Notes under the pieces: model-generated
What the model was told of the DNA's origin: nothing
Database searches by the model: none
The model's input: the letters and a program-made list of their open reading frames with translations, nothing else
IMG/VR virus record: IMGVR_UViG_3300036773_000053
Span: 1 to 44,018 of that record
Length of the DNA: 44,018 nt
Origin: a virus
Lineage: Duplodnaviria > Caudoviricetes
Reading direction: 5' to 3' (one strand)
Shown here: positions 1 through 7,854 of the stretch, piece after piece
Position numbering within the stretch: position 1 is the first letter of the stretch
Layout: every line of letters begins with the position of its first letter
Made by a program: the position numbers and the translations under genes

Positions 1-168
1 TTCCGTACCAGTTCATCATTCATCGCAGGCCCCACCCGACGGTCGAGAATAAAATCCAGCGTCGCTTGGGTTTTTGCCGCGACGATGCAGAGCAGGTCGA
101 GGTTAGGTTGTCGCGTGCCGCGTTCCCATCGATTGAGCATTTCCACCCGTAAGTGCAGGTATTCAGCG
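1..168 (+). repeat. Terminal direct repeat (circular overlap), copy 1
   Basis: 1-168 is identical to 43851-44018 except pos 41 g vs 43891 c. Confidence 0.97.
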
Positions 169-293
169 AATTGTGTCTGGGTATAGCCCATCGTCTCGCG
201 CAGCCATATCAGCCGGAAGCCAATCTCCCGCAGCTTCCGCTCGCTGGCTTGGCGGCGGACGATCTGCGGCATAGCAGGAATATCTTCACTCAT
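1..293 (-). CDS. CI-like XRE-family repressor, 5' part (continues across the circular junction to 43661; about 160 aa in total)
   Basis: Manual translation from ATG 293 (alternative 272): MSEDIPAMPQIVRRQASERKLREIGFRLIWLRETMGYTQTQFAEYLHLRVEMLNRWERGTRQPNLDLL, an XRE HTH; divergent from the cro-like gene. Confidence 0.85.
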   Translation of the reverse strand, partial: MSEDIPAMPQIVRRQASERKLREIGFRLIWLRETMGYTQTQFAEYLHLRVEMLNRWERGTRQPNLDLLCIVAAKTQATLDFILDRRVGPAMNDELVR

Positions 294-319
294 TGGGGCA
301 TTCCGGTTCGGCTAATCTA

Positions 320-336
320 GTTGTCATTATGGCAAC
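320..336. promoter_or_regulatory. 17-bp operator-like palindrome GTTGTCATTATGGCAAC
   Basis: Imperfect palindrome in the cI-cro intergenic region; 16/17 identical to 39780-39796. Confidence 0.75.
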
Positions 337-386
337 CTTATAGGAGATGCCGGCGGCATACCAAAGGAAACGTCCGCCTTGCTGCC

Positions 387-415
387 TTGACGATTACCGT
401 CGTGGTAACTAGCCT
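387..415 (+). promoter_or_regulatory. Putative PR promoter: -35 TTGACG, 17-bp spacer that is itself an operator (393-409), -10 TAGCCT
   Basis: Sigma70-like hexamers with 17-bp spacing, 9 nt upstream of the cro ATG. Confidence 0.7.
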
Positions 416-424
416 CGCGCTATC

Positions 425-661
425 ATGCGGCATTCCCAGATCATTGACGCTCTCGCCGACAGTCTGGGTAGTCAGGTCGAGCTTGCCCGCCGCCTTGGTG
501 TCGATGACACCCAGGTCAGCAAGTGGAAGGTCCGGGGCATTCCTGCGCGCTACTGGCCGGCGGTTCTCCAGGTCGCGCGGCGCCGCCGTATTGCGCTCAC
601 TCTCAACAGCATCGAGGCCCATAGCCCGCTCCGCCCCGCCAAGCCTGCGCGCGCGGCGTAG
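425..661 (+). CDS. Cro-like HTH regulator
   Basis: 78 aa, GSQVELARRLGVDDTQVSKWKVRGIP HTH; divergent from the repressor. Confidence 0.85.
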   Translation: MRHSQIIDALADSLGSQVELARRLGVDDTQVSKWKVRGIPARYWPAVLQVARRRRIALTLNSIEAHSPLRPAKPARAA

Positions 662-670
662 GGCGGCCCT

Positions 671-1108
671 GTGCCGTCGCCCGGCAGCGCTGTTCGCAGC
701 CGTCGTCCGTATCGTCTGACCGCGCCTGTCGTCCGCGAGCATCCGCTTCAGGCGCAGATCGCTCGTGTGCTTGCGATCGAGATCGCGCCCGCCGGCAAGG
801 TCAGCAAGGCGGGCGTCGTCTGGTGGTCGATCGATCACGCCAACTATGCCGGCGAGGTGCCAGGGGTCAGGATCGGGCGCGGCATCATCGCCGGTATTCC
901 CGACTTATTCGTGCTCTGGCGCGGCCTCGCGCACCTGATCGAGATCAAGGCCGAGGACGGCGAGCTGACCGACGCCCAGCGCTCGGTGATCGCCGCCTCG
1001 ACCTGCGCGGGCGTGCGCTGCGCCGTCGTGCGCGACTGGATCGAGGTCCTCGCCTGCCTCGACCAGTGGGACATACCGCGCAAGCGATGCGTCAGGGAGG
1101 CAGCATGA
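671..1108 (+). CDS. VRR-NUC domain nuclease (possible Holliday junction resolvase)
   Basis: EHPLQ...GIPDL...IEIKAEDGELTDAQ motif. Confidence 0.8.
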   Translation: MPSPGSAVRSRRPYRLTAPVVREHPLQAQIARVLAIEIAPAGKVSKAGVVWWSIDHANYAGEVPGVRIGRGIIAGIPDLFVLWRGLAHLIEIKAEDGELTDAQRSVIAASTCAGVRCAVVRDWIEVLACLDQWDIPRKRCVREAA

Positions 1109-1266
1109 GCAATAGACCACCATCACCATCGCGACCGGAGCGTGTTCCGCAAAAGACGCCGCATCCGCGACCTGAACCACCGAGGCGCCCGGAAAAGGCG
1201 CCCCCCGCTCCTCAACCTTATTACCCGCCGAAGCCGACACCGCCGCAACGCCGTTCGGAACCGTAA
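1105..1266 (+). CDS. Small Pro-rich hypothetical protein
   Basis: ATGA overlap with the previous stop, GGAGG RBS; MSNRPPSPSRPERVPQKTPHPRPEPP... Confidence 0.5.
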   Translation: MSNRPPSPSRPERVPQKTPHPRPEPPRRPEKAPPAPQPYYPPKPTPPQRRSEP

Positions 1267-1278
1267 AAAGGGGGTAGT

Positions 1279-1836
1279 ATGGTTGATTACTCAATCGCCG
1301 CCATCCCGACAGAATACAGGGGGCGCACGTATCGCAGCCGGCTTGAAGCTCGTTGGGCTGCATTCTTTGATCGGCTGGGCCTCGCGCACGAATACGAGCC
1401 ATTCGACTTGGGAGCTTGGTCGCCGGACTTTCTGTTGACCGATCTCGAATGCTTGGTCGAGGTCAAGCCGCTGACCGATCTCGATTTGACGGTATGGAAG
1501 AAGCTCATTGCCGCATGTCGCGCGCGGAGACTGTTTGATAATAGCAACATTGGCGGCGTTCTGTTGTCGATGGTTGCGCCGTTGCGCTCAACCAGGGACT
1601 TGGTTCAGATCGGGTGGGCCGGCGTAATTGGGCATGACGACATGTCGCGTCCGTTTCCGGCTTATGTCTGCTGGTCGCCTCATCCTAAGCGACCACAATT
1701 CGACGCCTGGATTACTACGGTTCGCGGTCCCCTCGATCATCCAGCAGTAGACGAAATCGAGTGGCCATATGGCGATTATACGATGGCACAATGGGCGCGC
1801 GCGACCTCTGACGTGCAGTGGCTCCCGGAATCATGA
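1279..1836 (+). CDS. PD-(D/E)XK-like nuclease-domain protein
   Basis: YRSRLEARWAAFFD...YEP...PDFLL...VEVKP pattern; purine-rich RBS. Confidence 0.7.
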   Translation: MVDYSIAAIPTEYRGRTYRSRLEARWAAFFDRLGLAHEYEPFDLGAWSPDFLLTDLECLVEVKPLTDLDLTVWKKLIAACRARRLFDNSNIGGVLLSMVAPLRSTRDLVQIGWAGVIGHDDMSRPFPAYVCWSPHPKRPQFDAWITTVRGPLDHPAVDEIEWPYGDYTMAQWARATSDVQWLPES

Positions 1837-2471
1837 GCAGCAAGGTCCGTTGGGCGCAATGGTTCTGGGCTGATTGGGCGAACGACTCCGCGCTCAATCT
1901 TTGCTCGCTCTCCGCGCGTGGCCTTTGGATGGCGTGCCTGTGTCTGATGGCACAAGGAGAGCCCTATGGAACGCTGACCATCAAGGGGCGTGTGCCGACC
2001 ACAGATGAGCTCTTCAGCCTGATCGCGCCGAGGGGCACGCGGCGCCGAGAATTTGATCGCTGGCTGGCCGAGCTAGAGACCAACGGCGTGGCGCAGCGTG
2101 ACCACAGGCGAGCCCTAGCGAGTCCCCGGATGCGCCACGAAGGAGTCATAGTTCGTCACCGGATCAAAGCGGCAGAAGCCCGGTGGGAAAACGAGCGAAG
2201 CCGCGATATTTCTGAAAATTTGCATATGCAAAGCAAGGGAAATGGTTCCCATTTGCATGAGCAAACGACTCCTTTTGCATCATGCACCTCTTCCCTTACT
2301 CACTCTCAAACAGATTCCCCCTCCCCAACCCCTACCCCCGCAAGCGGGGGAGGGGCTTCTCATGATGAAATTGTAAAGGCTGTAGAGGCAGGGGCACGCT
2401 CCGCAAGGCCGGTGCCGGTGGGGGCGGCACCCCGTCCGCCCTTTCGCGTCGTCGCCGGAGGTGCCCGATGA
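1833..2471 (+). CDS. Putative replication initiator (lambda O-like position, N-terminal wHTH)
   Basis: FWADWANDSALNLCSLSARGLWMACLCLM N-terminus typical of phage replisome organisers; internal AT-rich repeats; ATGA overlap at 1833. Confidence 0.65.
   Translation: MSSKVRWAQWFWADWANDSALNLCSLSARGLWMACLCLMAQGEPYGTLTIKGRVPTTDELFSLIAPRGTRRREFDRWLAELETNGVAQRDHRRALASPRMRHEGVIVRHRIKAAEARWENERSRDISENLHMQSKGNGSHLHEQTTPFASCTSSLTHSQTDSPSPTPTPASGGGASHDEIVKAVEAGARSARPVPVGAAPRPPFRVVAGGAR
2219..2287. repeat. Putative ori iterons TTTGCAT-NN-GCA(AA) x3
   Basis: Copies at 2219-2232, 2252-2265 and 2274-2287, inside the initiator gene, spaced 33 and 22 bp. Confidence 0.55.
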
Positions 2472-3130
2472 ACCGCGCCGAATGGATGGGGGCGCTGGCG
2501 CCGCTGATCCGGCCCCGCTCGCCACTCGCCGCCGCAACCCAACTCGGAAAGATGCTTGAGTTCCTGGCCGACATTCCCGATGCGGCGTTCACCGAGGCAT
2601 CGATCAGCACGATTGCACCGACACTCAAGCGCTCGCCATCGTTCGCCGAGTTGCGCGCCGCATTGCAGGCATACGTTCGATCGCTCGATGCCCCGACCGA
2701 TCAGGACCCGTTGCAGGACACCGCCACGATGCGGGAACGCGCTCGATGGGCAGCGCGCCAGGATGAGCTACGGGCGGAGTGGAACGACCCTGATGGCATC
2801 CGCGCTCGCATCCGGACGTGCGACGGGGAGCTTCGGTTCCTCCGGTTGCTCGCCGGGCTGGTGCTGCAATGGGCGCCGCAACACCTCTGCCTGTTGCCAC
2901 CGATCGCGCTGGTCTCGCTCGATGACGTGGGCGAGGTTCTGATGCCGAGTGATGATCACCGCGCCACGCCGCGCTACCTCACGCCGGTTCAACTCGATCA
3001 GATCAACCCGCTGCCAGGGAGGCCACGCGATGCCACAATCGCCGCCGCGCCAGCCGCTGAACTACGAGCCGCGCCTGTCGGTCCCGACGCGCCCGACTGG
3101 GACGCCGACGCCGACGCCATCCCGTTCTAA
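2468..3130 (+). CDS. Hypothetical protein (possible replication accessory / helicase loader)
   Basis: ATGA coupling to the initiator gene; PSFAELR motif; position. Confidence 0.6.
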   Translation: MNRAEWMGALAPLIRPRSPLAAATQLGKMLEFLADIPDAAFTEASISTIAPTLKRSPSFAELRAALQAYVRSLDAPTDQDPLQDTATMRERARWAARQDELRAEWNDPDGIRARIRTCDGELRFLRLLAGLVLQWAPQHLCLLPPIALVSLDDVGEVLMPSDDHRATPRYLTPVQLDQINPLPGRPRDATIAAAPAAELRAAPVGPDAPDWDADADAIPF

Positions 3131-3205
3131 CCCGCCACCGCCTCGCAAGGGCTGCGGGTTCTGCGGCCGCGTTCGCGCGTGGCTCATCACCAAAGTCCCC
3201 AGGCG

Positions 3206-3394
3206 ATGACGCTACCTGCTGGCTGGACCTATGAACCGCCAGAGCCAGACGGCTACCAGCGGTCGAGCCTGTGCAGGGTGTGTCCCGAATGTGGCGACTC
3301 CCCGATCACCGGCCTTCACAAACGCGGCTGCTCGCAGCCTGAGCGGGTGACCGTGTGGGGGCCGCTAATCCCGATCTGGAAGGAACGCCCATGA
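3206..3394 (+). CDS. Small Zn-finger protein (CxxC...HKRGC)
   Basis: MTLPAGW...CPECGDSPITGLHKRGCSQPERVTVWG. Confidence 0.55.
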   Translation: MTLPAGWTYEPPEPDGYQRSSLCRVCPECGDSPITGLHKRGCSQPERVTVWGPLIPIWKERP

Positions 3395-3624
3395 CGGCGA
3401 AGGTTGTGCAGATCGTCCGGGTTGTGCCACCGGACCCGCTCGCTGTCGCCCGCGATCGGGCGGTGGATGACATCGAACGCGAGCTTGGCCGCCTCGACCT
3501 GGGGCGCGCATCGCGATCACCAACGCGCTCGATCGCTTCGCCAGCGAGGCACAATTGCGCGGCCGGTGCCGGCAATGCCCGTGGTGAGTCTCCTCGCCGG
3601 ACCTTCGCAAATGCGCCGCTGTGA
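3391..3624 (+). CDS. Hypothetical protein
   Basis: ATGA coupling, AAGGA RBS; MTAKVVQIVRVVPPDPLAVARDRAV. Confidence 0.5.
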   Translation: MTAKVVQIVRVVPPDPLAVARDRAVDDIERELGRLDLGRASRSPTRSIASPARHNCAAGAGNARGESPRRTFANAPL

Positions 3625-3823
3625 TCACTGGATCATGGTCAGGGAGACACTGATCGAGCGGCGCTGTCCATCGTGCGGATGTGGGGACTGGGAACGTCAT
3701 AAGCGCGGCTGTCAGCAACCTGACCGTATTGCGGTTCATGGGGCGTCGCATGAGATGCCACGGCTGACGGTCGACGATGACGGATATTGCCGGCAGTGCG
3801 GCGGGAGGATGTGGTGGCCGTGA
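3611..3823 (+). CDS. Small Zn-finger protein, paralogue of 3206-3394 (start uncertain)
   Basis: CPSCGCGDWERHKRGCQQPDRIAVHG plus C-terminal CRQC. Confidence 0.55.
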   Translation: MRRCDHWIMVRETLIERRCPSCGCGDWERHKRGCQQPDRIAVHGASHEMPRLTVDDDGYCRQCGGRMWWP

Positions 3824-4332
3824 TCACCAGCAACGCGCCGACGGACATCTACACCCGGCACCACGATGTCGACCCGCCGCGCGTCGACGCTCGCGTGTTC
3901 CGCCAGGGCTGGCGCATCCGCTCGCGGCTCGATGCGCTGCACATCGCCGGACTGATCAGCGCCGGGGAATGGCAGATCGGGCAGGAGTTCCGCGGCGCCT
4001 GTGATCGCGTCAGGGGCGTGGGTCAGGGTAACGCGCCAGACATCCGCACCGGCGGCTCGGGGCGGCCTGACGGTGCCCACGGCGCGATGCTGAGTGCCAT
4101 CGCCACCGCCGCCCGGCTCCGCGTGGTCGACGCGCAGCTGGGTCCGCTGTTTGGCCTGCTGTGCGTCCAGTGCTGCGTGCACGACGTGACCTGGGCGCAC
4201 CTGGGGCGGCTGGTGCACGTCGACCCCAAGACGGCGCGGAGCTACGCCGTGATGGCGCTGCACAGGCTGGGTTGGGTCTGGATTGCCAGCGCGCCGCCCG
4301 CGCCAGGGGTGCCAGACGGCGCCCGGTTCTGA
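3820..4332 (+). CDS. DUF6456-like late transcription regulator / antiterminator candidate
   Basis: RLDALHIAGLISAGEW N-terminal part and C-terminal HTH (TWAHLGRLVHVDPKTARSYAVMAL); last early gene before the packaging module; GGAGG RBS, GTGA overlap. Confidence 0.6.
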   Translation: MITSNAPTDIYTRHHDVDPPRVDARVFRQGWRIRSRLDALHIAGLISAGEWQIGQEFRGACDRVRGVGQGNAPDIRTGGSGRPDGAHGAMLSAIATAARLRVVDAQLGPLFGLLCVQCCVHDVTWAHLGRLVHVDPKTARSYAVMALHRLGWVWIASAPPAPGVPDGARF

Positions 4333-4564
4333 CCGCGCACATTCCCGTCCGCGACGCCAGACGGCCTCCAGGCGGCCTCTGAGCGCCAGCGTTGCCATGC
4401 CCCCTCCGGGTCTCGACGAGTTCGAGGCGTTCGTGATGGCCGACACCGCGCCTTCGGTCGTGATCATCGATCGCGCGCTGATCCGCGCGTTGCTGGCCTA
4501 CCCTGCGCCAGCTTGAGCGCGACGCCAGCCGGGATGGGGCGTTCTGGTGAGGCGGCTGTGGATG

Positions 4565-4631
4565 CGGGACAGAAACCGGGACAGCCGGGACGAAACCGGG
4601 ACAGCCGGGACGAAACCGGGACTTGTCCCGG
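4565..4631. repeat. Array of (C)CGGGAC motifs: 20-bp tandem unit GAAACCGGGACAGCCGGGAC x2.5 ending in palindrome CCGGGAC-TT-GTCCCGG
   Basis: GGGAC at 4566, 4578, 4587, 4598, 4607, 4618; inverted copy at 4625. Confidence 0.9.
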
Positions 4632-4760
4632 CTGGACCCAATCGAGAACGCGCTCGCCGCGTGACTCCTTTCCCGATCGGTGGTAGCAAATTTGGCATTG
4701 TCGCTTGCGGCGTGACGATTCCCGCCCGGCGGACACCGCGACACAACCTCACAATCCAGA

Positions 4761-5129
4761 ATGCCAGTCACCATCGGGCACGTGCTGCTCGACCCTTCCG
4801 ATGATCACCTCTTGGTCGCCTGGGAGCGATCCGCGCTCGGCCATTGGCTCGCCATGCCGCTGCATCGCCAGACCGGGCCACTCCACCGCGCGCAACTCGT
4901 GATCAGCGTGCCCGAGGTTCAGGCGTTGCTGGGAAAGGACGTAAAGGCTGTCCCGTTGCTGATCGATACGCACATTCGCCGCATCGTGCCGGATGACGCG
5001 CGCGCCGTCGCGGTGTGCTCCACGTTCCTGGTGCACGCGATCCGCGCCACGCTCAACCGCGCCCTGGTCGCTGCCAACGCCGAACGCCTCATGGGATCGC
5101 AGCACGGTCCCGCGCGTGGTGTGGTCTGA
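4761..5129 (+). CDS. Hypothetical protein
   Basis: 122-aa globular-looking ORF; its stop overlaps the HNH start (TGATG). Confidence 0.6.
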   Translation: MPVTIGHVLLDPSDDHLLVAWERSALGHWLAMPLHRQTGPLHRAQLVISVPEVQALLGKDVKAVPLLIDTHIRRIVPDDARAVAVCSTFLVHAIRATLNRALVAANAERLMGSQHGPARGVV

Positions 5130-5455
5130 TGCCGACGCGCCCGCCCATGCACAGACCAAGCATCGGCACCACATGGGCAGACCGTCGCAAGCAGTCGCAA
5201 GCAGGCACACCGTCGCCATCCCGCACCTACGGCAAGCGCTGGCAGAAGCTACGCGCTGCCTACCTCGCACAGCATCCGTTGTGTGAATGCGGCTGTGGAT
5301 ACGCGGCTACTGTGGTTGATCATCGCACACCACATCGTGGTGATCAGCGATTGATGTATGCATGGGACAACCTCAAGGCGATGACCAAGACATGCCATGA
5401 TGCCAAGACGGCGGCACGTGATGGTGGCTTCGGTAATCCGGTGCACGCGGCATGA
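5129..5455 (+). CDS. HNH endonuclease (HK97 gp74-like, packaging associated)
   Basis: YGKRWQKLRAAYLAQHPLCECGC...VDHRTPHRGD...WDNL...CHDAKT. Confidence 0.9.
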   Translation: MPTRPPMHRPSIGTTWADRRKQSQAGTPSPSRTYGKRWQKLRAAYLAQHPLCECGCGYAATVVDHRTPHRGDQRLMYAWDNLKAMTKTCHDAKTAARDGGFGNPVHAA

Positions 5456-5729
5456 TCGATCCGCCCCTTGGATCAAGCCTGCTGTTCCGGTGCTTCGTCT
5501 TGCGCAAACACGTGACATCGATCCGCTGCGATCATTCATGGAGCGGTGTGCTAGCGAGTTGGACCAGCTAATGCTTCCGCGCCTCAAGGCAAGAACACCA
5601 TGCCCAGTAGCCGAACGGCTCGATGCTGTCGGCTCCATCCCTCAACCTTCTGGCAAGGGCGACCAGATGGGGGGTGCAGAGGGCCATCGCCCGGGGTCTA
5701 GCGGTGGTAGGCATCCTCCCGCCACCGTT

Positions 5730-5800
5730 CGGCTGCCCCCATACGGTCTCCGAAACTAAAAGTTTGGTCGATGGTAGACCGCGCCCCAACTAATTTTTTA
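5730..5800. other. Putative cos region
   Basis: Non-coding stretch after the HNH gene with AAAAGTTT...AGACCGCGCCCC...AATTTTTT, resembling cos regions of HK97/P27-type phages; cut site not determinable. Confidence 0.45.
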
Positions 5801-6381
5801 TGATGGCAAAACAAACGAATTCCGCTCGCGCAGCGCGCTTCGAATGGCCGGCCGATCAGGTCGAGCGTCGGCCGATCGCGTCGCTCGTGCCGTATGCGCG
5901 CAATGCGCGGCTCCATAGCGACGCGCAGATTGCGCAGATCGCGGGTTCGATTCGCGAATGGGGTTGGACGATCCCGGTTCTGATCGATGAGACCGGCGCA
6001 TTGATCGCGGGCCACGGTCGCGTCCTCGCCGCGCGTCAGCTTGGCATCGAGACGGTTCCGACAATGACCGCGCGCGGATGGAGCGAGGCGAAAATACGCG
6101 CCTATCGAGTCGCGGATAACAAACTCGCCGAGCTATCGAGCTGGGATAGCGAATTGCTCGGGCTTGAGTTGGCGGAGCTTCGCGAGCTTGGCGCGTCGGT
6201 CGAGCTTACCGGCTTTGACGCGAAGTCGATCGAGGACCTGATCGCCGGGCCGAAGGCGCCAGGACAGTTCGAGGATTACGACGAGTCGATCGAGACCGAG
6301 CATACTTGCCCGAAATGCGGGTTCAGGTGGTCGGGCGCCTCGAGCGCGACGCGGATGGAAGTGGACGATGCCGCAGCCTAA
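5800..6381 (+). CDS. ParB/Srx N-terminal domain protein with C-terminal Zn ribbon
   Basis: LVPYARNARLHSDAQIAQIAGSIREWGWTIPVLID...IAGHGR...AYRVADNK; C-terminal CPKCG. Confidence 0.9.
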   Translation: MMAKQTNSARAARFEWPADQVERRPIASLVPYARNARLHSDAQIAQIAGSIREWGWTIPVLIDETGALIAGHGRVLAARQLGIETVPTMTARGWSEAKIRAYRVADNKLAELSSWDSELLGLELAELRELGASVELTGFDAKSIEDLIAGPKAPGQFEDYDESIETEHTCPKCGFRWSGASSATRMEVDDAAA

Positions 6382-7648
6382 GCCGGCTTACCGGGTCCCA
6401 AGCATGGCCGAGATTGCAGCGATCCCGCTGAACGGCTACCGCGTTGCCTCGACCTTCAGCGGCTGCGGTGGATCCTCGCTCGGCTACCGCATGGCGGGCT
6501 TCAAGGTTGTCTGGGCGAATGAGTTCATTGCGCCCGCGCAAGCTGTATACCAGGCCAATTTCCCCGACACGCTTCTCGATCAGCGCGACATCCGCGCTAT
6601 CGCCCCTAGCGACATCCTAGACGCCACCGGGCTACAGGCCGGTGAGCTCGACCTACTCGACGGCTCGCCGCCTTGCGCGAGCTTCTCGATGGCCGGAAAG
6701 CGGCATAAGGGCTGGGGCGAGGTCAAAAACTACAGCGATGGCCGCAAACAGCGCACCGAGGACCTGTTTTTCGAGTATGCGCGGCTCCTGCAGGGCCTAC
6801 AGCCCCGCGTGTTCGTCGCCGAGAACGTTTCGGGCTTGGTCAAGGGCGCCGGCAAGGGCTATTTTCTCGACATCCTCGCGGCATTGAAGGCGGCGGGCTA
6901 CCGCGTCCGCGCGCAACTGCTCGATGCGCAGTGGTTGGGCGTTCCGCAGGCCCGCCAGCGGCTGATCTTCATCGGGACGCGGCTCGACCTTGGCGCAGAG
7001 CCTGCTTTTCCGGCGCCTCTCGGCTACCGCTATAGCGTCCGCGACGCGCTGCCGTGGATTGGCGCGGTCGAGTGCGCCAACGGCTTCAACGGCCACGCGA
7101 TGGCGCCTAGCAGCCAGCCCGCCGCGACCGTCCAGGCGTCGCGCGCGGTCAAAGTCAGCACCTACGGTGGTCCGCGCTCGCTCGGCGAACCGGCGCCGAC
7201 GGTGCTCACGCATGGCAGGCGGCGGACCCGCAGCGAGATGACGCTCGCGGTCGAGCCGGAAGCCGACATGCGCCGCTTTGCGACCGGTCGCGAACTCGAC
7301 AAGCTCGGCCAGGGCGAGCAATCGGGGCGATACTTCCAGCTTACCCGCGCCGCGCTCGCCGAGCCGTCGCCGACCATCACCACCCACGGCCAAGCGCACG
7401 CCGCGTCCGTCGCGCATCCGACCGAGTGCCGCAAGTTCTCGATCGCGGAGCTACGCCGGATATGCGCATTCCCCGACGACTTCGTGTTGCTCGGCACCTA
7501 CGCCGAGCAGTGGGAGCGGCTCGGCCGCGCGGTTCCGCCGGTCATGATGGCGGCGATCGCCGGGACGATCCGCGATCAGGTCCTCGACCCCGCCACACGC
7601 AGGAAGGGCGCGGATTGCTCCGCGCCCATCCGGGAGATTGCCGCGTGA
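6368..7648 (+). CDS. C5-cytosine DNA methyltransferase-family enzyme, candidate carboxymethyltransferase (motif X G-R-A)
   Basis: Motifs I FSGCGG, IV GSPPCASFS, VI ENV, VIII QARQR, IX RKFSIAELRR, X LGRAVPP. Confidence 0.92.
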   Translation: MPQPKPAYRVPSMAEIAAIPLNGYRVASTFSGCGGSSLGYRMAGFKVVWANEFIAPAQAVYQANFPDTLLDQRDIRAIAPSDILDATGLQAGELDLLDGSPPCASFSMAGKRHKGWGEVKNYSDGRKQRTEDLFFEYARLLQGLQPRVFVAENVSGLVKGAGKGYFLDILAALKAAGYRVRAQLLDAQWLGVPQARQRLIFIGTRLDLGAEPAFPAPLGYRYSVRDALPWIGAVECANGFNGHAMAPSSQPAATVQASRAVKVSTYGGPRSLGEPAPTVLTHGRRRTRSEMTLAVEPEADMRRFATGRELDKLGQGEQSGRYFQLTRAALAEPSPTITTHGQAHAASVAHPTECRKFSIAELRRICAFPDDFVLLGTYAEQWERLGRAVPPVMMAAIAGTIRDQVLDPATRRKGADCSAPIREIAA

Positions 7649-7653
7649 CCGGC

Positions 7654-7851
7654 TTAGGTCAGGCTTTCGAGGGTGCACTCAAGCCGGTATTCGCGCTCGC
7701 AGATCGGGCACCGGTATTCCGGCTTGACCGCCTCCCACATGCCGACCGGACAGGACTGCTGCTCGGGGAACGGCTTGGCCGGCAATCCGCAGAGCGTCTT
7801 GCGCTTGGTCGCCATCAAATGAACGGCCAGGATCGAGATTGTCGCGGTCAT
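7654..7851 (-). CDS. Small Cys/His-rich (Zn-binding) hypothetical protein
   Basis: VHL...TLCG...RCPIC; directly follows the 7855-8283 gene on the same strand. Confidence 0.6.
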   Translation of the reverse strand: MTATISILAVHLMATKRKTLCGLPAKPFPEQQSCPVGMWEAVKPEYRCPICEREYRLECTLESLT

Positions 7852-7854
7852 CGG

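Noticed and set aside
1-168. Biological terminal repeats (T7-like) or attL/attR
   Set aside because: The repeat falls mid-gene in the repressor and the packaging genes are cos-type; best explained as assembly overlap
320-336. Host LexA or CtrA box
   Set aside because: Does not match the alphaproteobacterial GTTC-N7-GTTC or TTAA-N7-TTAA consensus
4565-4631. CRISPR array
   Set aside because: Units are 9-20 bp with no unique spacers, and there are no cas genes
5397-5759. ORF(s) between HNH and ParB
   Set aside because: No convincing start or motif, and the region overlaps the probable cos; left unannotated
6368-7648. Type II restriction-modification system
   Set aside because: No adjacent restriction endonuclease; the context is ParB/CmoA/terminase
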